This document shows positions 41,400-50,985 of a stretch of DNA of 64,000 nucleotides, one piece after another; position 1 is the first letter of the stretch, and each line of letters starts with the position of its first letter. Made by a program: the position numbers and the translations under genes. The notes beneath the pieces were generated by a model. That model searched no databases and was not told the origin of the DNA. It saw only the letters and a program-made list of their open reading frames with translations. This DNA is from Vulcanimicrobiota bacterium. GTDB lineage: Bacteria > Vulcanimicrobiota > Vulcanimicrobiia > Vulcanimicrobiales > Vulcanimicrobiaceae. The DNA is taken from positions 96,001-160,000 of the forward strand of contig CAWHWQ010000004.1 in the NCBI GenBank assembly GCA_963833095.1. Direction: 5' to 3'.

Positions 41400-42245
41400 A
41401 TGCGCCCCCATCCCCAGCCGGTCACACACCGGCGAAACGAGGCCCTGCGGTACTGGCGACACCATGACCTTGGTGAAGCGACGCTCGTTGAAGCGCGATA
41501 TGGCCCGTTTACTTGGGAGAAGCACGTTCACGACGAGCAAGTCGTCGTGCTCTCGGAGTCGGGCGCGGGCGAAGTACAGACTTCTCGTGGTCGAGAGATC
41601 GGCGGCTCGGGTACGATCTGGGTCTTCGCTCCGGGTGAGTATCACCAGGGAAAAGTAGCGGACGGACGCAGCTGGCACTACCGTGCACTGTACCTCGAGG
41701 GCGGCGCGCTTGATGTCATTGCAAACCAGCTTGGAACGTCTTGCGGCGGCCGTTTGCTCAGGCCCGGCTTACACCATGATCCTTGGCTAGCGCAGATGCT
41801 GCTGCGAGCTCATGCATCGGACGGCGCCGATACGGCGGCTGAACAAGTTGCCTGGAACGACGCATTACGCGCGCTCTTTGCGCGTTACGGCGACCCAAGA
41901 CGTGTGCCCGCGGCGGGCGGCGGCAATCGCGCCGGCATGAAACTCGCTCGCGATTATATCGGCGAGCACTTTCGCGACGATATTTCCGTCGAGGACTTGG
42001 CACGTTTGGTCAACGTGAGCCGCTATCACTTCATTCGCGCATTTCGGCTCGAATATGGAATGCCGCCTCACGCGTATCTCAATCAGGTACGGCTGCAAAA
42101 AGCGCGCCGAATGCTTCTCGCCGGCGCAACTGCGGCGAAGGCCGCTGCTGCGAGCGGATTCTACGACCAGAGCCGCCTCAATCATTTATTCAAGCGCGTC
42201 TATGGCGTAACGCCGGCGCGATACGCGCACCTCATCAATTTGTAG
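41400..42245 (+). CDS. AraC family transcriptional regulator
   Basis: Cupin KHVHDE; C-terminal SRYHFIRAF...GMPPHAYL...GFYDQSRLNHLFKRVYGVTP. Confidence 0.92.
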   Translation: MRPHPQPVTHRRNEALRYWRHHDLGEATLVEARYGPFTWEKHVHDEQVVVLSESGAGEVQTSRGREIGGSGTIWVFAPGEYHQGKVADGRSWHYRALYLEGGALDVIANQLGTSCGGRLLRPGLHHDPWLAQMLLRAHASDGADTAAEQVAWNDALRALFARYGDPRRVPAAGGGNRAGMKLARDYIGEHFRDDISVEDLARLVNVSRYHFIRAFRLEYGMPPHAYLNQVRLQKARRMLLAGATAAKAAAASGFYDQSRLNHLFKRVYGVTPARYAHLINL

Positions 42246-42258
42246 CGAAGGATAACGA

Positions 42259-42978
42259 ATGTCGGTTTACCGATGTCATTTGGAACCGGATGTGTATGCC
42301 TTTGAGGCCGACGTGCTCCAAGCCAAGGAGGGTCGCGTCGTCCTTTCGCAGTCGTGGCTCCATCCCGGCGGCGGCGGCCAGCCTTCCGATCGGGGAACGA
42401 TAGAAAGCGCATCGAGTAGCGGGTGTATCACCGGCGTCGAAACCGCGGGAAACGTGGCCTGGCACCTCGTTGACGTTCCTCTTGTCGCAGGGGAACGGGT
42501 TCGTGTCACGATTGATCGCACCAATCGCAACGTCATCTCACAACTTCACACCGACACGCACATTCTCAATGCGCTCGTCTTCGCGGAATTCAGCGGGGCG
42601 CTTGTGACCGGAGCAAAGATCTCAGCCGATGGAACGGCGCACATGGATTTCGATCTTCCCGATGTCGACAATGACCGATTGCGCATGCTGGAAAAGCCGG
42701 TCAACGATGCAATCTCGGCTGCTCTCCCCGTTCGCGCAACGTACGTCACCATGGAGGAGGCATCACGCAGCAAAGGCTTGATCCGGAGTCTTTCCGTCTC
42801 GCCTCCGCCGACTCCCGACGGACGTTTCCGCGTTATTGACATCGAAGGCTTGGACCGCCAGGCCTGTGGTGGCACGCATCTTCAGGCGACAAACGAGTCA
42901 CTGCCCATCAGGATTGCAAAAATAGATAACAAAGGAAGGCGAAACCGCCGCGTCAGGATCGAACTCGTTCGCGCTTGA
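42259..42978 (+). CDS. alaX: AlaX-type tRNA trans-editing protein (AlaX-M)
   Basis: HPGGGGQPSDRG; zinc-binding HTDTH and CGGTH motifs. Confidence 0.88.
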   Translation: MSVYRCHLEPDVYAFEADVLQAKEGRVVLSQSWLHPGGGGQPSDRGTIESASSSGCITGVETAGNVAWHLVDVPLVAGERVRVTIDRTNRNVISQLHTDTHILNALVFAEFSGALVTGAKISADGTAHMDFDLPDVDNDRLRMLEKPVNDAISAALPVRATYVTMEEASRSKGLIRSLSVSPPPTPDGRFRVIDIEGLDRQACGGTHLQATNESLPIRIAKIDNKGRRNRRVRIELVRA

Positions 42979-43009
42979 TAGAATTGCCTGCCACGCCGGT
43001 GCTTCTGTA

Positions 43010-43050
43010 TTGACATTGTTCGATTTATGGCTAATATCGAAATATGTCAA
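43010..43050 (+). promoter_or_regulatory. arsR promoter with inverted-repeat operator
   Basis: TTGACA-N16-TAATAT. Arms TTGACATTGTTCGAT and ATCGAAATATGTCAA are 13/15 complementary around an 11-nt spacer. Confidence 0.8.
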
Positions 43051-43343
43051 TGCAACGTTTCGAGGCGCAAGCGGCGCTGCTCAAAGCGGCCGCCGATCCC
43101 TATCGCTTGACCATGCTCGCAACGTTGGCTGCGGCGCGCGAGGAGGTCTGCGTCTGCGAATTCACCGACGCGCTCCCGCTCAATCAGCCAACGGTTTCAC
43201 ATCATTTGCGCATCTTGCGCGAAGCGGGATTGGTGACGTGCGAACGCCGTGGCACGTGGGTGTACTACCAGCTCGCGCCTGATGCGAATGCGCGGCTTTC
43301 CGACGCATTGACAAACGTCTTTCGACAGAAAGCTATGGCATGA
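43044..43343 (+). CDS. arsR: ArsR/SmtB metalloregulator
   Basis: EVCVCEF (As-binding), [26 protein letters not shown]. Confidence 0.92.
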   Translation: MSMQRFEAQAALLKAAADPYRLTMLATLAAAREEVCVCEFTDALPLNQPTVSHHLRILREAGLVTCERRGTWVYYQLAPDANARLSDALTNVFRQKAMA

Positions 43344-43368
43344 AGATCCACTTGGACGCGATGACGTC

Positions 43369-43800
43369 ATGCTGACGCGCGTGCTCTTCATCTGCGTCCG
43401 CAACAGCGCGCGCAGCCAGATGGCGGAGGCCTTTCTCAACGCGATGTGCCCTGACGAGTTCGTCGCCGAAAGCGCGGGGCTCGAGCCGGGTACGCTCAGC
43501 CCTCTCGCCGTGGCAGCGATGCGCGAAGTCGGCATCGATATTTCGGGGAAGTCAACCCAAAGCGTGTTCGATGTCTTCAAAGCCGGAACGTTGTATTCGT
43601 ACGTTATCACGGTCTGTGACGAGGCGGGCGCCGAGATGTGCCCGATCTTTCCGGGAATCGTGAAGCGCATGCACTGGGGCGTTCCCGATCCCGCCGCTCT
43701 GGAGGGGTCCTGGGAAAGCCGTATGAGCGAGACACGGAAGATACGCGATGCAATACGCGCGAACGTCGCCGAGTTCTGCGGGCAATTATGCCACGCCTGA
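43369..43800 (+). CDS. arsC: Arsenate reductase (LMWP-type)
   Basis: [16 protein letters not shown] (CX5R), ITVCD...CP, HWGVPDP. Confidence 0.9.
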   Translation: MLTRVLFICVRNSARSQMAEAFLNAMCPDEFVAESAGLEPGTLSPLAVAAMREVGIDISGKSTQSVFDVFKAGTLYSYVITVCDEAGAEMCPIFPGIVKRMHWGVPDPAALEGSWESRMSETRKIRDAIRANVAEFCGQLCHA

Positions 43801-44498
43801 GTCAGCGCCTCGCAGCCGAAGCGATCGGGACGGCTTTTCTTCTTGCTGGGGTCGTCGGCTCGGGCATCATGGCGCAACGCCTTGCCGGCGGCAATGTGGC
43901 AATCGCTTTGCTTGCCAACACGCTTGCGACCGGCGGTGTGCTCATGTGTTTGATCGCGGCGCTCGGTCCAATCTCCGGCGCGCATTTCAACCCGGCCGTT
44001 TCCTTTGCTGACGCGATACGCGGCGGCCTAAAATGGGGCGAGGTCCCGCTCTACGTCCTGGCGCAAATCATCGGCGCACTCGTCGGCGTTGCAGCCGCGA
44101 ACACCATGTTCGGCCTTCCGCTCTTCTTCGTTTCACATCGCGCGCGAAGCGGACCAGCCCAATGGTTCGCAGAGTTCGTCGCGACGTTTGGGCTGTTGCT
44201 CGTGATTTGGGGATGCGTACGCTTCAAGTCGGCATTCGTGCCGTTCGCCGTCGCGTCGTACATCGTCGCTGCTTATTGGTTCACCTCATCGACGTCGTTC
44301 GCCAACCCTGCCGTAACGATTGCCCGCTCGCTATCCGATACGTTCGCCGGCATCCGTCCGCAAGATGCGCCGGGGTTTATCGCCGCGCAACTGCTTGGTG
44401 CGGTCGCTGCGACGCTGCTGTTTCAATGGCTCGCTCCCCTCGGCGCAAGCGACGCGCAAGACGTACTTCTGCCTCACGGAGAATCGCATGCCGCATAA
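43788..44498 (+). CDS. MIP/aquaporin (AqpS-like arsenite channel)
   Basis: [10 protein letters not shown] and [11 protein letters not shown] motifs; lies within the ars operon. Confidence 0.88.
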   Translation: MPRLSQRLAAEAIGTAFLLAGVVGSGIMAQRLAGGNVAIALLANTLATGGVLMCLIAALGPISGAHFNPAVSFADAIRGGLKWGEVPLYVLAQIIGALVGVAAANTMFGLPLFFVSHRARSGPAQWFAEFVATFGLLLVIWGCVRFKSAFVPFAVASYIVAAYWFTSSTSFANPAVTIARSLSDTFAGIRPQDAPGFIAAQLLGAVAATLLFQWLAPLGASDAQDVLLPHGESHAA

Positions 44499-44916
44499 GC
44501 CTTTTATACTTTTCGTGTGTCGCCACAACACCGGCCGCAGCCAAATGGCCGAGGCTTACCTGCGTCAATTTGCCGGCGATGCAGTAGACGTAATGTCGGC
44601 CGGTACCGAGGCCGCCGACGCGCCGAACGCGGGCGTCGTCGCCGCGATGGCAGAGGACGGCATCGACATTTCGGCTGCTAGACCAAAGTTAATTGATCCG
44701 GCGGCGGCGGCGCGCGCGGACCGCGTGATCACGATGGGCTGCGACGTACAGGGCGTTCCGCGCATCGACGCCGATTGGTCACTGCCCGATCCGAAAGGAC
44801 AGCCGCTTGAGCGCGTGCGCGAGATTCGCGACATGGTCAAAGCCAAAGCGCAGGTCCTTGCCGGCGAACTCTTGCTTTGTCATCCCGAGCGTAGTCGAGG
44901 GATCGGCGGAATCTAG
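44488..44916 (+). CDS. arsC: Second LMWP-type arsenate reductase
   Basis: LFVCRHNTGRSQMAEA, VITMGC, DWSLPDPKG; C-terminus runs through a REP. Confidence 0.85.
   Translation: MPHKPFILFVCRHNTGRSQMAEAYLRQFAGDAVDVMSAGTEAADAPNAGVVAAMAEDGIDISAARPKLIDPAAAARADRVITMGCDVQGVPRIDADWSLPDPKGQPLERVREIRDMVKAKAQVLAGELLLCHPERSRGIGGI
44878..44904 (+). repeat. REP-like element
   Basis: TGTCATCCCGAGCGTAGTCGAGGGATC. Confidence 0.88.
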
Positions 44917-45101
44917 TGATCGACGAACTTGGACGCTTCGCCTAACGTGGGATCGAGGCGCAGGGCTTCAAGCGCATACTTGCGCTCCTCATGTCCGCCC
45001 GGAACCTTGACACGCACCACGATTTCGTGCGGGTGCACGTCTTTGACCGTCCCCTCTTCGTGGGTTCCGTTGATGTAGACATGATCTCCGGGCTTTAGCA
45101 T
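44913..45101 (-). CDS. Small SH3/KOW-like hypothetical protein
   Basis: LKPGDHVYING..EGTVKDV...; 62 aa with a purine-rich RBS. Confidence 0.65.
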   Translation of the reverse strand: MLKPGDHVYINGTHEEGTVKDVHPHEIVVRVKVPGGHEERKYALEALRLDPTLGEASKFVDH

Positions 45102-45134
45102 GATGGATCTCTCCCTTCCTCAAATCATAGCTTC

Positions 45135-45878
45135 GTGAAGAACGTCTTGATAACCGGCGCCGGTCGCGGAATTGGTGCCGCGACCGCTCGTCTTGCGGCC
45201 TCGCAGGGCTATGGCGTGGCCGCCAACTACGTGCACAACGAGGCCGCCGTCACCGCGCTTGTTGCTGAAATTACCGCTGGGAGCGGACGCGCGGTGGCGA
45301 TTCTCGGCGACGTCGCCTCTGAGCGCGACATTCTGGCGATGTTCGAAACGGCCGAGCGCGAACTCGGAACCATCGACGCGCTGGTGACCTGCGCGGGCGT
45401 CAGCGGCGGTGTCTCGCGCGTTGAAGATGTGCGGGCTGAGGCTCTCGAGCGGGTTTTTGCCGTCAATGTGATCGGCACGATTCTGTGCGCGCGCGAAGCC
45501 GTGCGGCGTATGTCGACGCGTCACGGCGGAGCGGGCGGTGCGATCGTCACGCTCTCTTCGGCTGCGGCCAAGATCGGCTCGGCCAACGAGTGGGTGCACT
45601 ACGCCGCCACCAAAGGTGCGATCGATTCGTTTACGCTCGGACTTGCGCGCGAAGTCGGAAACGAAGGCATTCGTGTCAACGCGGTGGCACCGGGCTTGAT
45701 TGCGACTGAATTTCACGCCAACGCGGGCGCGCCCGAACGTCTGGAGCGTTTGCGCTCGACCGTGCCGATGCTGCGCGATGGTTCAGCCGAAGAAGTCGCC
45801 GATGCGATCCTCTGGCTGCTTTCGGATCATTCGTCATACATTACCGGCGCCGTCATCCCCGTCACCGGTGGCCGCTAA
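45135..45878 (+). CDS. SDR family oxidoreductase
   Basis: ITGAGRGIG, YAATKGA, RVNAVAPG. Confidence 0.92.
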   Translation: MKNVLITGAGRGIGAATARLAASQGYGVAANYVHNEAAVTALVAEITAGSGRAVAILGDVASERDILAMFETAERELGTIDALVTCAGVSGGVSRVEDVRAEALERVFAVNVIGTILCAREAVRRMSTRHGGAGGAIVTLSSAAAKIGSANEWVHYAATKGAIDSFTLGLAREVGNEGIRVNAVAPGLIATEFHANAGAPERLERLRSTVPMLRDGSAEEVADAILWLLSDHSSYITGAVIPVTGGR

Positions 45879-45936
45879 TCCGTACGCTGACGTGCCCCTC
45901 GTCATCCGAGCGTAGGCTCGCTAAGGCTCCGCTAAA

Positions 45937-46004
45937 CCTTAATTAGGGCTTGCATAATTAAAGATTACTGTGCTATCCCTTAATTGTGGCGCATAGAATT
46001 AAAG
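45937..46004 (+). promoter_or_regulatory. Two palindromic operators CCTTAATT-N11-AATTAAAG over the fic promoter
   Basis: Copies at 45937-45963 and 45978-46004; TTGCAT -35-like element inside the first; start codon inside the second. Confidence 0.75.
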
Positions 46005-47281
46005 CTTCCTGGCCGCCGGCTCCCCGGCTCTCAGGCCTCTCCAACCGCGATCGCAAGGGCTGCAGCTACGAAGTCTACGTGCCTGACCCCCTCGTCGGTC
46101 GTCCCGTCGTGCTCGCCGGTCCTGAAGCCTCGGATGTTGCCGACGCAGAGCGCGCGATCCTCGAACTCGACCGCAGCGCTAAGGCCCTGGCAAATACCGA
46201 GGCGCTCGCGCATCTGCTGCTGCGAGCCGAGTCGGTAAATTCTTCCAAGATCGAGGGCCTCAAAGTTAGTCCACGCCGGCTTCTTCGCGCAAGTGCTGCG
46301 CGCGCTCACGGCGAGGAACCAAGCGACGTCACCGCGACCGAGGTCCTTGGAAATATCGATGCGATGAGCTTTGCCATTGACGCCATCAATCGCGGCAAGA
46401 GGTTCTCGGTCGATTTGCTCCGCGAGGTGCATCGAAGACTGGTCGCGTCAACACCGCTCGCGAAGATCGGCGGCACGATCCGCACGACGCAAAATTGGAT
46501 CGGGGGAAGCTCGTACAATCCGTGCTCCGCCAGTTACGTGCCGCCGCCACCGGAAATGGTGCACGATCTGCTGCTTGACCTCTGCGAGTTCTGCAATGGC
46601 GACGAGTTGCCGGTGGTCGTGCAGGCTGCGCTTGCGCATGCGCAGTTCGAGGCAATCCATCCATTTGCTGACGGCAACGGACGCGTCGGACGCGCGATCA
46701 TTCACATGATCTTTCGGCGCCGCCGCTTGACCACGTCGATCACGCCGCCGGTCTCGCTGGTCCTCGCAACGATGTCCAAGGATTACATCACCGGCCTCAA
46801 CGCCATGTGTTATCGTGGCGCGCCGACCTCGACGCAGGCCGTCGAAGGCTTCAGCCGCTGGATCGCGACCTTCGCATCCGCCTGTTCCCGCGCGGTTGCC
46901 GACAGCATCACCTTCGAACGCCGCATCAGCCAACTGCAACGAAAATGGCTGAGCAGGCTTGGACGCGTGCGCGCTGATTCCGCGGTGCTTCGTCTTCTTG
47001 AGGCACTCCCCGGTACGCCGATTGTGACCGCAGCGGAAGTGCGTGCGATGCTCGGCGTGTCGCTCCCCTCCGCCCTCCAGGCAATCGAGCGACTCACGAA
47101 TGCCGGAATTCTTCATCCTGCGACCGCGCGCCAACGCCGGCAAGTCTACGAAGCACGAGAGATCATCAATCTCTTCACCAGCCTCGAACGGCAACTCGCT
47201 TCGCCGACCGGTGATACGATCGTGGCGCGCCCGGCTCGGCGCGTTCCGGCAAACCCCGAGCGCCGCAAGCGCACGCGCTAG
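45986..47281 (+). CDS. Fic family protein (N-terminal autoinhibitory helix, C-terminal HTH-like domain)
   Basis: HPFADGNGRVGR catalytic motif; SSKIEG inhibitory motif; IRTTQNWIGG. Confidence 0.92.
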   Translation: MAHRIKASWPPAPRLSGLSNRDRKGCSYEVYVPDPLVGRPVVLAGPEASDVADAERAILELDRSAKALANTEALAHLLLRAESVNSSKIEGLKVSPRRLLRASAARAHGEEPSDVTATEVLGNIDAMSFAIDAINRGKRFSVDLLREVHRRLVASTPLAKIGGTIRTTQNWIGGSSYNPCSASYVPPPPEMVHDLLLDLCEFCNGDELPVVVQAALAHAQFEAIHPFADGNGRVGRAIIHMIFRRRRLTTSITPPVSLVLATMSKDYITGLNAMCYRGAPTSTQAVEGFSRWIATFASACSRAVADSITFERRISQLQRKWLSRLGRVRADSAVLRLLEALPGTPIVTAAEVRAMLGVSLPSALQAIERLTNAGILHPATARQRRQVYEAREIINLFTSLERQLASPTGDTIVARPARRVPANPERRKRTR

Positions 47282-47326
47282 TGCGTCGAGCCTATGTCTG
47301 AATCACAATAATGTTGGTAAGCGTCC

Positions 47327-47516
47327 TGTCAACCCTGAGCTTATCGAAGAGCCCCTCTTTGTCATCCCGAGCGTAGTCGAGGGACCGCCGCAATGTGTCG
47401 CCTGAGCTTATCGAAGAGCCCCTCTTTGTCATCCCGAGCGTAGTGGGTGAACGCTATGCGTTCACCCGCGTAGTCGAGGGACGGCCGCAATGTGTCACCT
47501 TGAGCGTGTCGAAGGG
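47327..47516 (+). repeat. Cluster of five alternating REP-like palindromes
   Basis: TGTC..CCTGAGCTTATCGAAGAG alternating with TGTCATCCCGAGCGTAG..TCGAGGGA; one copy carries an inserted hairpin GGGTGAACGC-TAT-GCGTTCACCC. Confidence 0.88.
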
Positions 47517-47523
47517 TCGGTCT

Positions 47524-48639
47524 ATGAGCAGCGTACGGGTATTGGTCGGCACGCGCAAAGGCGCGTTCATTCTCGATTCAGACGCCAAGCGCAACGCCTG
47601 GCGCGTGAGCGGCCCGCACTTCGCCGGCTGGGAGATTTACCACGTGAAGGGATCGCCGATCGATCCCAATCGACTCTACGCCTCGCAAAGCAGCAGTTGG
47701 TCGGGACAAGTGATGCAGCGCTCCGACGACGGCGGGGCGACCTGGGAGACGGTCGGCAATCAGTTCGCTTACGACGGCGTGCCGGGCACGCATCAGTGGT
47801 ACGACGGCACGCCGCATCCGTGGGAGTTCGCGCGCGTGTGGCATCTCGAACCATCGCTGACCGATCGCGACACGGTCTACGCCGGCGTCGAAGATGCGGC
47901 ACTCTTTCGCTCCACTGACGGCGGGCAGAACTGGAGTGAACTCTCCGGACTGCGCACGCATACCACGGGCTCATCCTGGCAACCCGGGGCAGGCGGCATG
48001 TGTTTGCACACGATTCTGCTCGATCCAAGCAACCCGCAGCGAATTTTCACCGCGATATCTGCCGCCGGCGCGTTTCGCAGCGACGACGCCGGCGTGACCT
48101 GGCGCCCGATCAACCGCGGCCTGCGATCCGCTCAAATTCCCGACCAAGACGCGGAGGTCGGCCACTGCGTGCATCGCATCGCGATGCATCCCTCCCGTCC
48201 CGACGTGCTCTTCATGCAGAAACACTGGGACGTGATGCGCAGCGACGACGCGGGCGACTCGTGGCATGAAGTCAGCGGCAATCTGCCGACCGATTTCGGC
48301 TTTGTGATCGATGTGCACGCGCACGAGCCCGAGACGATCTACGTCGTGCCGATCAAGAGCGACGCCGAGCACTTCCCAATCGATGGAAAACTTCAAGTCT
48401 ACCGCAGCCGCACCGGCGGTAACGAGTGGGAGGCGCTCACCAAGGGCTTACCCCAGCGCGATTGCTACGTCGACGTGTATCGTGACGCCATGGCCGTCGA
48501 TACGCTCGATGCATGCGGCATCTACTTCGGTACGACCGGAGGACAGGTGTATTGCTCGCCCGACGGCGGCGATTCGTGGAATACGATCGTCCATGACCTT
48601 CCCGCGGTGCTGTCGGTCGAAGTCCAAACGCTGCCGTGA
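47524..48639 (+). CDS. BNR/Asp-box beta-propeller (sialidase-like) protein
   Basis: LVGTRKGAF; multiple SxDGGxTW Asp-boxes; no signal peptide. Confidence 0.88.
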   Translation: MSSVRVLVGTRKGAFILDSDAKRNAWRVSGPHFAGWEIYHVKGSPIDPNRLYASQSSSWSGQVMQRSDDGGATWETVGNQFAYDGVPGTHQWYDGTPHPWEFARVWHLEPSLTDRDTVYAGVEDAALFRSTDGGQNWSELSGLRTHTTGSSWQPGAGGMCLHTILLDPSNPQRIFTAISAAGAFRSDDAGVTWRPINRGLRSAQIPDQDAEVGHCVHRIAMHPSRPDVLFMQKHWDVMRSDDAGDSWHEVSGNLPTDFGFVIDVHAHEPETIYVVPIKSDAEHFPIDGKLQVYRSRTGGNEWEALTKGLPQRDCYVDVYRDAMAVDTLDACGIYFGTTGGQVYCSPDGGDSWNTIVHDLPAVLSVEVQTLP

Positions 48640-48932
48640 TCCGCGTGGTGCTGCCGGCACACCTCAAGTCGCTCGCGCGCGTCAACGACGAGGTGCAGTT
48701 CGACATCAACGGCACGGTCACAATGAGCGCGGTGGTTTCCGCCATCGAAGCGCGCTACCCGATGCTGCTCGGAACGATCCGCGATCGCACCACGCACAAA
48801 CGCCGTCCGTACATTCGTTATTTCGCCTGCGAACGCGACCTCTCGCACGACTCACCCGACGCGCCACTCCCCGAACCGATCGCCAACGGCAGCGAACCGC
48901 TCCTGATCATCGGCGCCATGTCCGGCGGCTAA
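48636..48932 (+). CDS. MoaD/ThiS ubiquitin-like protein
   Basis: [10 protein letters not shown]...; C-terminal AMSGG; GTGA overlap with the upstream gene. Confidence 0.88.
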   Translation: MIRVVLPAHLKSLARVNDEVQFDINGTVTMSAVVSAIEARYPMLLGTIRDRTTHKRRPYIRYFACERDLSHDSPDAPLPEPIANGSEPLLIIGAMSGG

Positions 48933-48974
48933 CCCCTTGTCGAACGGGGTCACCAGCGTGATATGCTATCCGCA

Positions 48975-49244
48975 ATGAGCGCACAGCCTCTCGAAATCCA
49001 TATGGCCCGCCTCGAGGGCGCCTACGAGCAACTCAGTAAGCGCCTAGGCGATTTGAGTACGGCAGTCGATGCGCGCTTCGCGCAAGTCGATGCGCGCTTC
49101 GCGCAAGTCGATGCGCGCTTCGACGGGGTCGATAGGCGCTTCGACGGGGTCGATCGGAAGATCGACAATCTACAGTGGCGCATGACGTCACTCATCGTCG
49201 GTACGTGGATCACCACGATCCTCGCGATCATCCTAAGACACTAA
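48975..49244 (+). CDS. Small coiled-coil protein with heptad repeats and a C-terminal TM helix
   Basis: VDARFAQ VDARFAQ VDARFDG VDRRFDG VDRKIDN encoded by 21-bp tandem repeats. Confidence 0.75.
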   Translation: MSAQPLEIHMARLEGAYEQLSKRLGDLSTAVDARFAQVDARFAQVDARFDGVDRRFDGVDRKIDNLQWRMTSLIVGTWITTILAIILRH

Positions 49245-49249
49245 TCATT

Positions 49250-49891
49250 CTACATCGGCTCTTTGATGCCGACGCGGATCAGCCACCAGTTCATCGGATA
49301 CGCCGTGATAAAGCCCACGAGCATTCCGATCTGCATCATGAACCAAAACGCCGGCGTGTTGGGCATCAGAGCGGGATGAAAGAACACGAAACTCATCAGC
49401 GCCATCCATCCGAAGAGCCCGATTTCAAATGCGGTGAGCGACAGCGTGTCGGCTTTAATGGCTGCCCACATGCCCGGCCAGAACGTCAGTCCGCGCATCG
49501 GCGCGATCGCGAAATACTGAAACACGATCCCGAATGCGTACGCGAGCGCATAATCGCCAACGTATTCCGCCAAAAGAACCGAACCGGCGACGCTCCAACC
49601 GGTGGCGAATATCAGCGACTCCGCAACGATGTCGCCGAGCGTGCAGCCGGCCCCGCAGTGTGAGACGTCAACCGCTACGCCCGCAGCGTAGGATTTTTCG
49701 GATGCGTTGGCCCAGGCGCGGTAGGCCCACACCGCCAGCGGACCGGCGTACAGCGCGGTAATCGGCCAGACCCAATTCATGATCGCCATGCGCTGCGGAC
49801 GGCGCAGCACATCGAGCAGAACGTATGCGGCGCACGCGAACGCAATAATCAGCGAGGCGATCGCGAGCGCGTTGAGCCAGGGCGCTACCAT
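49250..49891 (-). CDS. DUF4396 family membrane protein
   Basis: MNWVWPITALY, HCGAGCTLGD, KADTLSL, FWFMMQIGM, YPMNWWL. Confidence 0.87.
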   Translation of the reverse strand: MVAPWLNALAIASLIIAFACAAYVLLDVLRRPQRMAIMNWVWPITALYAGPLAVWAYRAWANASEKSYAAGVAVDVSHCGAGCTLGDIVAESLIFATGWSVAGSVLLAEYVGDYALAYAFGIVFQYFAIAPMRGLTFWPGMWAAIKADTLSLTAFEIGLFGWMALMSFVFFHPALMPNTPAFWFMMQIGMLVGFITAYPMNWWLIRVGIKEPM

Positions 49892-49900
49892 GCGCCTATT

Positions 49901-50857
49901 TTACCCCAGCGGCCGAAGCGGCTCGGTGATCCGTGGATCGAGTGCGAGGACAATTTTGCCGCGCGCCTTACGACGTGCGAGCTCGGTATACGCCTCGCGC
50001 ACCATGGCAAAAGGATAGATTGCGGTAAGCGGCATGACGATCTCGCCCCATGCGATCATATTCGCGACCGACGCGAGCGTGTCGCGCGACGTTGCCGCCG
50101 CCGACCCGTCCGTTCGCACGCCGTACTTTTGGGCGCCGGCGAAATCGATGATCGTGTTGATACGCTCCGGTTTCGTGCCGAGTGTGACGGCAAGTTCGAC
50201 ATAGCCGCCGCCGAAAAGGTCGATGAATGCATCTAGACCTTCGGGAGCCGCGACCTTCAAGCGCTGCGCCAGCCCGTCGCCGTACGCGACGTGTTCGACG
50301 CCGAGGGAATTGAGAAACTGCGCGTTGTCTTGACTCGCGATGCCGATGACACGAGCGCCGGCACGTCGCGCGAGTTGAACTGCGAGCGACCCGACGCCGC
50401 CGGCCGCTCCGCTGATCGCGACGACGTCGCCCGGCTTTAATGCAACCGCGCGCACGGCCGCTACCGCGGTTGACGCAACAACGTGGAGACTGCCGGCGCG
50501 GAACCAATCGAGCGCCGCCGGCTTGTGGATGAGTTGCGACGCGCTGACCGCAACGAACTCCGCCTGGGCCGAGCGTTGGTCGGACCAACCAAGAACAAAA
50601 TCGCCCGGTGCAAAGTCCGTGACGCCTGATCCAACCGCGTCGACACGCCCCGAAAAATCGGCACCTTGCCCGAAAGGAAAGTTCATCGGGAACATATCCT
50701 TGAGCAATCCTTCGCGAATCGAAATCTCACCGGGGTTCGTCCCGGCGGCAATGACGTGTACGACGACCTCGCCCGCTTGCGGCGCGGGCTTCTGGACGTC
50801 GACGATTTTGAGTTGATCGAGGCCGCCGTACGCGGAAAGCTGCACAATTTTCGGCAT
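49901..50857 (-). CDS. NADP-dependent oxidoreductase (MDR/quinone reductase family)
   Basis: GEVVVHVIAAGTNP, SGAAGGVGSLAVQLA, RGKIVL. Confidence 0.9.
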   Translation of the reverse strand: MPKIVQLSAYGGLDQLKIVDVQKPAPQAGEVVVHVIAAGTNPGEISIREGLLKDMFPMNFPFGQGADFSGRVDAVGSGVTDFAPGDFVLGWSDQRSAQAEFVAVSASQLIHKPAALDWFRAGSLHVVASTAVAAVRAVALKPGDVVAISGAAGGVGSLAVQLARRAGARVIGIASQDNAQFLNSLGVEHVAYGDGLAQRLKVAAPEGLDAFIDLFGGGYVELAVTLGTKPERINTIIDFAGAQKYGVRTDGSAAATSRDTLASVANMIAWGEIVMPLTAIYPFAMVREAYTELARRKARGKIVLALDPRITEPLRPLG

Positions 50858-50985
50858 AGTGACAGCAAGAACACCCTCAAGGAGAACTCCGTTTCAACAT
50901 AGCCAAGTAGCCATTTCGTGTAACATGTATGTCAGGTTCGCATGATAGAAACGAACGGAGTCTCTCGCACATTCGGGGGTGTGAA

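Noticed and set aside
47395..47523. N-terminal extension of the propeller ORF (FVIPSVVEG)
   Set aside because: It is translated REP sequence; the family-like start is ATG 47524.
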